NCBI GenBank assembly: GCA_951406725.2
Contig: OX597815.1
Span: 36,456,001-36,520,000 of the forward strand
Length of the DNA stretch: 64,000 nt
DNA from: Octopus vulgaris
Lineage: Eukaryota
Direction: 5' to 3'
Of this stretch, positions 55,251 through 64,000 are shown piece after piece. The notes beneath the pieces are model-generated. The model was not told where the DNA came from, searched no databases, and worked only from the letters and a program-made list of their open reading frames with translations. The translations under genes were made by a program, and so were the position numbers. Numbering within the stretch: the stretch's first letter is position 1; the number at the start of each line of letters is the position of its first letter.

Positions 55251-55480
55251 GAGTGGAAGGGTATCTTTTTTTCTTCATAAATGTAAATAAACCCAATCTG
55301 TTTCTTAAACGAATATATAATATGTAATATGTGTATCTGTGCAACAGAGAGGAAAATTAAAACTGCATATGTTGTGAACTTAGAATATGTGTTTATTAAT
55401 AAAAGTTTAATAACAATAATCTTTTATTCATACGAACGTAAGTGATATGAAATATGTCATAAATAACTATGTATATATAT

Positions 55481-55511
<31 letters not shown>

Positions 55512-55544
55512 GTTAATCTATATAAATATATATATATATATAGT

Positions 55545-55738
55545 TAATCTACACATGAACAAAGAGAAAACACAACACGAGGATGTGGAACAAGTATAGT
55601 GTTATTGGACGCTCAGGAAAGGAAAGAAAGAAGGAGGATTTAACGTTTCGAGCGGAGCTCTTCGTCAGAAACATAGAAAAAGGTAAGGTCCAAGGAAGAG
55701 AAGATGGAGAAAGAAAATCACCAACAATACACACACAC

Positions 55739-55740
<2 letters not shown>
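55545..55740 (-). mobile_element. Family H-related element with a canonical-core minimal hammerhead at 55639-55671
   Basis: Minus strand: TTT CTGACGA A GAGC TCC GCTC GAAAC GTT AAA. Confidence 0.75.
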
Positions 55741-55775
<35 letters not shown>

Positions 55776-55778
55776 CAT

Positions 55779-55920
55779 AGTTGAAATTTACAGAAAAACA
55801 AAAGACGACAGGTGTATTAGTTTAACGCTAGGGAAGGTGAGAAAGTCTTTTACGTTTTGAGCCTACGCTCTTCAACAGAAAGGAACATGAGGAAATAAAT
55901 GGAGAGAGAATAAAAATGTA
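55779..55920 (-). mobile_element. Family H element with a mutated hammerhead-like motif (GAAA to AAAA)
   Basis: gtcttttacgttttgagcctacgctcttcaacagaaag. Confidence 0.65.
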
Positions 55921-55934
55921 TATATAAATATGTA

Positions 55935-56302
55935 TGTATGTGTGTTTGTCCCTCCGCCATCGATTAACATCCGATGCTGGTGTGTTTATGTCCCCGTAAC
56001 TTAGCGATTCGGCAAAAGAGACCAATAGAATAAGTACTAAACTTACAAAGAATAAGTCTTAGGGTCAATTTCTTCGACTAAAACTCATTAAGGCGGTGCT
56101 CCAGCATGGCCGCAATCAGATGACTGAAAGAATAAAAGACTATATACGACGGGCTTCTTTTAGTTTACGTCTACCAAAATCCATTCACAAGGCTTTGTTC
56201 GGCACGAGGCTATATTAGAAGACACTTGCCCAAGGTGTCACGCAGTGGGACTGAACCCGGAACCATGTGGTTGGGAAGCAGGCTTCTTACCACACAGCCA
56301 CG
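55935..56302. mobile_element. SINE family A halves in opposite orientation
   Basis: 3' half on the plus strand (55935-56140) and 5' half on the minus strand (56141-56302). Confidence 0.7.
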
Positions 56303-56467
56303 GAAAAGGTTTCTGAAGAAAGTTACACAGGCGAAAGAAAAGTGTTGCTGTGTCTGCAAAGTCAAGAAAAGATGTCCTACCTAGGAATTATTTGTCTCTT
56401 CTACATTTAGCGTTACAATAACCCAAGATAGACACAGCTTCTGATTTATATAATGTATAGGAATCCA

Positions 56468-56853
56468 GAGGAGGTGCAATGGTCCAGTGGTTAGGACATT
56501 GGACTCGCGGTCGTAGGATCGCGGTTTCGATTCCCAGACCGGGCGTTGTGAGTGTTTATTGAGCGAAAACACCTAAATCTCCACGAGGCTCCGGCAGGGA
56601 TGGTGGTGATCCCTGCTGTACTCTTTCACCACAACTTTCTCTCACTCTTACTTCCTGTTTCTGTTGTACCTGTATTTCAAAGGGCCGGCCTTGTCACTCT
56701 CTGTGTCACGCTGAATATCCCCGAGAACTACGTTAAGGGTGCAACGTGTCTGTGGAGTGCTCAGCCACTTACACGTTAATTTAACGAGCAGGCTGCTCCG
56801 TTGATCGGATCAACCGGAACCCTCGTCGTCGTAACCGACGGAGTGCTTCCATC
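56468..56853 (+). mobile_element. Full-length tRNA(Arg)-like SINE family C
   Basis: A-box TGGTCCAGTGG, TCG anticodon-like loop, B-box GGTTTCGATTCC. TSD aggaatcca at 56459-56467 and 56854-56862. Confidence 0.88.
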
Positions 56854-58019
56854 AGGAATCCAAATCATGTTTGTTATGATCTTGTCATTGTGAAGAGAAT
56901 ATTCCAAGAAAATGAAGGAAGCGGGATTAGAAACTGTATGCAACTGACATGCTGTCCCACAGAGACAAGTTAAAGAATCGGCACGAGCAAGTCTGCTTGC
57001 TCATCCTTTCATTGTCAACTGTAGCAGAACTTTGTTGACAAGAAGCTCCTCTGAGAAATCATGAAAGGTTTATAAACACAGACATGAATAGGAGATGGTG
57101 GAGGTAGAATGGAAAAGAGGTGCAATGATAGATAAATAGAAAAAAGTGATGAGAGAGGGAGAGAGAGCATTAAAGGAGAGAGAAACAAAACGAGAAGGTG
57201 ACATGATTGGAAAATGTAATACAAAATGTAAGAATACAAAATGTAAGAGGATGTAAGAAATGAAAGGGGGTGAGAGAGAAAAACAAACGAAAAGAGAGAG
57301 AGAGAGAGAGAGGAGGAGGAGGGCTAAAAGATAAGCCCTGCAGAGAAAGAGAAAGATAAAACCGAGAAGAGGGGAAACGAAATACAAGCTAGAAGGCGAG
57401 ATAGACAGGCGCAGAATGAGAGAATATCAGAAAAGGTTAAAGATACTGAGAGAGAGAGAAAGAAAACAAAAAAAAAAAAGTGTAGAAGAAAAATCAGACA
57501 AGGGGATAAAAGAGCACGAGAACGGGAAAGAAGACTAACGTGAGATTGTGTGCGTGGAATCACGTGCAGGAGTAAAGCCTGTGAGATAATAAGTTAAGTC
57601 TCCCACACATTCTCAATGACAGTCTGCCTTTTCTGAACATTACTATATATTTATACATACACACACACATTCTGAATACTACATTGTATACACACACACT
57701 CGTACAGTGGACTGGCCAACTTTATGATCACATTAAATACACATACATACATACAAATACATCCACCTACGTACATGTACATTGAGTTGGTCACATTACT
57801 GCTCACTTAATATAGCATGCGCGCACACATACACAGAGTGAAAGAGAGGGGCGTGTATAGTTGCATGTATATAACTTAAACATATACAAATTGACGCACT
57901 CATATCAAAAACGTACAAATGTACAGACGCGCGATGTGTGTATTATGTATGCATATATGTGTGTGTGTGTGTGTGTGTGTATGTTCTAGCAGTGACTATC
58001 TTGACACACACACACACAT

Positions 58020-58092
58020 ATATCTATAGAGAGAGAGATAGGTAAGATAGATAGATAGGTAGATAGGTAGATAGATAGATAGGTAGATAGAT

Positions 58093-58148
<56 letters not shown>

Positions 58149-58175
58149 TAGGTAGATAGATAGACAGACAGATAT
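58020..58175. repeat. (GATA)n/(GA)n microsatellite
   Basis: Read directly from the sequence. Confidence 0.9.
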
Positions 58176-58299
58176 ACACGTCTAATTTATCCTCTTTCAT
58201 ATTTCGAACACTGGTACAGTGTAATTTGAGGGAATGTAGTTGCTACTTTTAGCAGACTGAATTACCATGTAGACACTTCTTCCTCAGCTTTCTTTGAAA

Positions 58300-59500
58300 T
58301 GTGTCTGCAGTACTTGGAAGCCGTTCTCACTACACACCTCTCTTCGAAATCATCCCATCAACAGTTCATCGTTTATATCCTGGAGATATCTAACCTCCCC
58401 CCTTTTTTGAAGAGTTCAGCAATTCTAAAGCATACAATTCCTCTTAGCACCTGCACATCCATCCACACTGACAGCGCTGACCGCAGAAACAGGATCGTTT
58501 ACCATTCTTAACTGTCTGCATTAAGTTAACTTCCTGAGCGACGCAATTCAAGTCTTCTTTCGAACCTCCAAACTCAGCCTTTCTCCAACCACTCATCCGT
58601 CCCATCATAGGATCATCTGATCGCTGCTTTTACGATGTGAGCCTGTCGCGAAGATGTAAACGTTGTTGTGGGATTGTGACGTTGGATGTGTATTGGTGTT
58701 GTTGACCATCGTCATGTAGTCTAGCTGACTGCGTGTATAACAAATGAAGCAATTCCCGCTCGTTTAACTTTTAACATAATTTATTTGCTGGGCATGATTT
58801 ACTACGTTTGACCATTAATGCCTATAAGAGAGCCATCAGAAAAGCAGAAGATACTTTCAAGCGATCTTATAAGTTTTTTCGCCTCTCGATAATACCCCTT
58901 GCAGAATCTTTCTCTTCGTCACTCCTCTAAGATGGCTCCATTAGCACTCCTGCTGATAAAGCCACCCTACTGCTGCCTCTTTTGCTTTAAAAAAAAAAAA
59001 ACTTCCCAATCTTTCCTTCTCCACCTGTCTCACCAAGACATACACACAGTTACTCAGTGAAAGAACTTCTTTCTTCCAAGCAAACAAGGCAACAGGTCCT
59101 GATATTGTTCTTTTTCTTCAGAGCTAGATTTTATCCTCCTCAACAAATTGCTCAAATTTACTTTACGGCCACCTATCCCAATGTACGGAAACACGCAATA
59201 GTGTTCCATTACCCGAAAAAGTCAATCACTGGCTCTAACTACTAAAATCATAAACAAAATCTCAAAGGTGATAGAAAAAAGGATAAATTACTCTCTCACT
59301 TTTTCTTTCCAATGACGAGCGCCGATGTAACTTCCATCCACTAACATCCAAAAGGAACTTGCTGTCTTACATCACAAGTGATTTCGACGGAAGCAACATT
59401 ATTGGCGTACACATCAAAACAATGCCTTCGACTGTGTTTGCTATGAGAACCTCTCATCTTCCGTGGCAACTTAACACATTTCTAAACAGACATTCCAAAC
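58300..59500 (+). pseudogene. Highly degraded CR1/Jockey-group LINE (APE end to RT)
   Basis: Ordered motif remnants: GSSD (ggatcatctgat), DGS..ADKA, P.PKK, SNY and AFD.V (gccttcgactgtgtt). Confidence 0.5.
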
Positions 59501-60476
59501 ACTAGGTTTCCTTTTCAAAGAATAAAAATACTTAATTCTGGATCATTTGGAGGACCTGAACACATCTCGAGAACTCACGCATCTAGGTCAGTACTTCTGC
59601 TACACAAACATCCTCGTCCATTTCCGTAAAAGAAGACAAAAAAACTTTAACCAACAAGTTATTGTCCACTTGCCCACAGGTGCACAATTTGTTTATACTC
59701 TCACAGCAGTCTCAGCTCATCTGAATTAATTGCATTCTACTTCATTTCAAGCACATTTGATGCGCCAATTTCTCATCCTACAAACTCCATGGTAAACATT
59801 TTCCTAATCACTCCATCGACAACCCTTCTGAAATGTTCTCCCTACCGTCAAGGTCCTTCGGTATTTCAAACTGACATCAACCAACATCGATCATAACAGT
59901 CTAGGAGAGACTGGAACGATCTTGGATGATCCTCCAATTCATTAGTATTAAAAAAATACACATACATACATTAAATGATACACATGTATTCGTATAATAT
60001 ATACACACACAAACATATTGTGTGTATAGATTGTTTTGGAAAGAAAAAGAAAAAGCTATGTCACAGAGACAACACAAATATTTGAACATTTCGACATCGA
60101 GTTGCTTGTGGTGGTGGTTGTTAACTGTAAAATATAAATAATCAACCCACTCCAAGTTTCAAGCCATTTTTTTTTTTTAGTCTGAGCACAAAAAAGAAAC
60201 TACTTCGGATATTTGTTTTAGATAAATAGTTGAGTAGTTGAGAAGTGGTGAGTGTCTTCTTTGACGCAATGTATGTGTGCTTTCTTCGTACTTGTCTCGT
60301 TAGTGTATCTAATTATATAAACTTCAGAATCCCGCGACACATTGTTGGTAGTGTTGTTTTTTGTTCGTTATTTTTTATTTTCATTTATTATTATTTATTT
60401 ATTTATTGCGTTTTTCTGATCTCCCATAATCGTACACTCACATCATATCGATTTAAGAGGACACGAAGGCCCAGGG

Positions 60477-60958
60477 CAGGGGTCGCCAAACTTTTTCGAC
60501 CTCCTTTAGCCACTTTTCCTTCCACATTGACCACCCTCATCATTTAAAATATCTTAATACCCTACCCTACCGTACCACATCTTAAATGCGTACCGCATAC
60601 TGATGCTGGCAATTAAAATGTTTGCTAAAATACACATGTACGACAAATTAAGAAATTCTATTGAAGATGACACACTTTTTACATCTAAAACAATGTGTAA
60701 GAGTATTAAACAGTATTAAACTTTCTATTTTTATGAAATTGTTTTCACGGTTAAAAAATGTGAAAAATTAATGCATCATATTGCTGGAATATCTTTTATT
60801 GGAATTGACAAAATCAATGTGAGGGATGAGCATGGCGCTAAGTATTTCAAACAGTTCATCTGGGTGAGATAGTCTTTCGCACGCCGACCCCCATTCAACC
60901 CCCTGTAATTCCTCGCTGACCCCTAAGGGGTTCCTCGGACCCCCTTTGACGATCCCTG
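60477..60958. mobile_element. hAT-type MITE
   Basis: Imperfect TIRs CAGGGGTCGCCAAA / TTTGACGATCCCTG and subterminal gacccc repeats. No clear TSD. Confidence 0.6.
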
Positions 60959-61140
60959 ATCAATCCAATACAATATACATGTATGAGTATAGGAGAGAGA
61001 GAGAGAGAGAGAGAGAGCGGGGAAGAATTGATGTATAAACATCATAGAATACTGTTATACTCAGGGATGGTCATCTTTTGCTGATTAAACATGCATTATT
61101 TGATTTTCACTTTAGCTTTACTACTACTACTATTATTATT

Positions 61141-61325
61141 ATTATTAGTTTATTTGTGACCTCTTCAATGACCTTCCGTCCCACGTGTCTCCTCTTGTCA
61201 TGCCTATTCCATGAATTTGACAAAATGAAACAGGCAGGACAAGAGGAGACGTGGGACAGAAAGTTGCTGATGAGGTCATAGCATGTGTGACGAGAGGACT
61301 TTGGCAAATAAACTAATAAAATAAT
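61141..61325. mobile_element. Fold-back element with a degenerate hammerhead-like motif (CTGATGA at 61267), between (ATT)n/(AAT)n tracts
   Basis: tgacctcttca..gtcccacgt..ctcctcttgtc.tgcct pairs with aggca.gacaagaggag.acgtgggac..tgatgaggtca. Confidence 0.6.
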
Positions 61326-61344
61326 AATTATTATTATTATTATT

Positions 61345-61850
61345 ATTTCAAATTTTTGCTACAAGAGTAGCTTGAGGGAGGTGGGGATGAATCGATTACA
61401 TCGACTCTAGTGTTTAACTGGTACTTGTTTTATTGACCCCGAAACGATGAAAGGCAAAGTCGACCTCGGCGGAACTCAGAACGCAGCGACGGACGAAATA
61501 CTGCTAAGCACCTCGTCTAGCGTGCTAACAACTCTGCAAGCTCGCCGCCTCAAACATAATATTAATAATGGTTTCTTTGTTTTACTGCAAGAATCAAATA
61601 AGTGTACATCAGAGTACAATCTGGGTGACAATAACAATCCTTTCTGCTATTTACGAAAGGCCTGAAATTTGGGGACAGAGGGTTAGTCGATTACACTGAT
61701 CTCGGTGCTCAACTGGTTTCTCATTTCACTGACCCCCGAAATGATGAAATATCAAGTTGACCTCGGCGGAATTTGAACTCAGAACGGAAAGACGGGCAAA
61801 AATGCCGCTAATAATTTTGACCGGCGTGTTAATGATTCTACCACAAATTT
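61345..61850 (-). mobile_element. Two SINE family B copies with CpGs retained (another at ~63095-63240)
   Basis: gatgaaaggcaaagtcgacctcggcggaa is the reverse complement of the family B core. Confidence 0.75.
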
Positions 61851-64000
61851 GACCGAATGTGTATCCAGGCGATGAAATCAACTTCGATAGGATTTGAACT
61901 CGAGACGTAGATGGTCGAGACAATATAATGAAGAGCATGCGCTTTAATTTTTAAATTCATCTTATATCGTAAGTCGAAGTTTGTTGGTTTATGCAATTGT
62001 TTACTCAGGTTTCTGAAGGCGGGAGTATGAAGCTGAGAGTGTGTGTGTCTGTATTTAGTAATGCACACGAGTAGTGGCAGGGATGGTGGAGGTGGTGTAG
62101 AGTAATCAAAAAGATTATTTAAATGTAGTTTATACATGTTCTTATTGAAAATGAGTGAATTACATTTACATGAATACACCAATGTATTTTCAACCCGAAA
62201 GTTTCCGCATTTCGATGCATGTAGAACTGAGGTACAGTCTTTTCATCTAGGTTCACCTGTTAGCCAATTCATGTACTTTACATAGAATAGTTTGTAATAT
62301 TACTTTATCTCTCTCTCTCTCACACACACACATATATATATACATATATATTCATATATATTCTTTTGGTTTAGTCATTTGATTGCGGCCATGCTACATA
62401 CACACACATAAAATACATACAGCTGGGGTGAATGTACTATAATTTGATTTTATCAAGGGCATTAAAACCACTCCCACTTTTCCCTTAACCCCTTTTTTTT
62501 CTAGAAGTGGCTTGGGATGTTATCGAGTAAAGAAAAAAAGTCAACACCGAAAGAATGCAATTGAAGTTATCCTAAAGTTGAACTCAAGAATGTCGAAGGA
62601 TGATACTATATGCTAATTGTTGAGCATCTGATGTCCAACAATTCTGCGAAGTAATCGCGTTGTTGATTCGTAATACTAATTTCCTTTTGACTAGGCCCAA
62701 AGGTTCTGCTTTTAAGTGAAGGGGAGATGTTCGTATCGATCCCGAGAGCATTAGCAGTGTATTCACCAGCGGACTGAAATCACATCGTTTGCCGGTCGCG
62801 TACTTGTTCTACAACGCTCAACACTTGATGATTTTGTAAATTCATCTTTCAATAAATAACAATATATTAAACAACCCCTCGAGTGTATCGATCCATCTTC
62901 CACGACAAATTTTCAGTTTTGTACGTATGGAAGAACTTTATATTCTAAAAATGCAATAAGAGTTAGTCTCAGCGGAATCGAATCCACAAGTTATTGCGAA
63001 TCCTGCTAAAAGTCAATTAACTAAAGTCATCGCGAAAGACGCAAGTGTCACGTAATTCCTATCATCTTCACTATAAATATTTTGTAAAATATTGGTTTCA
63101 AATTTTGGTACAAGACCAACAATTTCGGAGGAAAGGGCAAGTCAATTACATCGACCCCATTGCTAAACTGGTATTTATTGTATCGACCCCGAAAGGATGA
63201 AAGGCAAAGTTGACCTCGGCGGAATTTGAATTCAGAAAGTAAAATTATTTGTAAAACACTGATATTAATGTGAAATTATCACAAATATTGAAGCATCTGA
63301 TTCAAGTGGTCGTGTGGATCTATGAATTCATATATAAAGCGCAAATGAATATAGTGTGTACTGCGTGAAGTTGTAGAAGTTTCTTCATTAATATTTAGAC
63401 CTGTCAATTATTGAGTAAAATTAATTTCTGACAGAGATCTTCAAACACGCGGTCGTATTACAACTAAATAATAATAATGATGATTGTAACAAATTTCATC
63501 ATTTCGACTAGTGGGATATTAATAATATAATATACTCTTCTAACGTTAATAAAGTAATCATTAAAACTATCAATTATCTTTCTGAATTGACTATCCTCAT
63601 AAACAGATTATAATGAATATGTAATGACGTATAATAAAATTTATAAATATCAACCTAATTCATTATAAATTGATATATACACATTTTCACTCACTTGAAT
63701 TATGTAGCAAAAATATTTAACATATCGTTTTAACTATTTTCCCTTTTTATTTTAGTTGATTTTCATTTGTAAAAAGTTTATTAATCTCTCTTGAGCTTTT
63801 ATGGCAACAGAAAAATATCTTACGAGTAATTACAATCTTTAACAATATTACTGTGTTTTATGCTGCCCTTGAGGCGAAAAAGAAAACGCTGAGAAGATTT
63901 TATGTTTTTTTTCTTTACATCAATCGCAAAATTGTTCATTTGTTATAAATCTAAGTGTATCGAAATGTTTTCAAACTTAGTGTAAAAGTTTATGAAGCTG

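Noticed and set aside
62584-62860. CpG-containing unique-looking segment with a short minus-strand ORF
   Set aside because: There is no recognisable protein or splice structure. It may be regulatory, but this is unsupported.

Overview
AT-rich, repeat-saturated eukaryotic DNA. The SINE set, (TA)n/(CA)n microsatellites and element families look like a coleoid cephalopod, probably Octopus (inference from remembered repeat families). No host protein-coding exon can be supported, and almost all ORFs in the track are microsatellite or SINE artefacts. Real coding remnants are all retroelement-derived: a near-complete Naiad-like Penelope element (RT + GIY-YIG, ~37370-39661, minus) with an inverted partial copy, a 5'-truncated L1/Tx1 LINE, and RTE and CR1-like fragments. 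There are also several SINE families, Helitrons, hAT and piggyBac MITEs, and a 5S rRNA pseudogene. The most interesting signal is a group of about 10 minimal hammerhead-ribozyme-like motifs on short Penelope-derived elements, several of them fold-back palindromes sitting in (TA)n/(AAT)n tracts. Other highlights are a TSD-flanked short RTE derivative starting with an HDV-ribozyme-like fold, a 5S-SINE chimera, a composite Helitron whose empty site survives in a neighbouring inverted repeat, and a CpG-depletion boundary near 54.8 kb.
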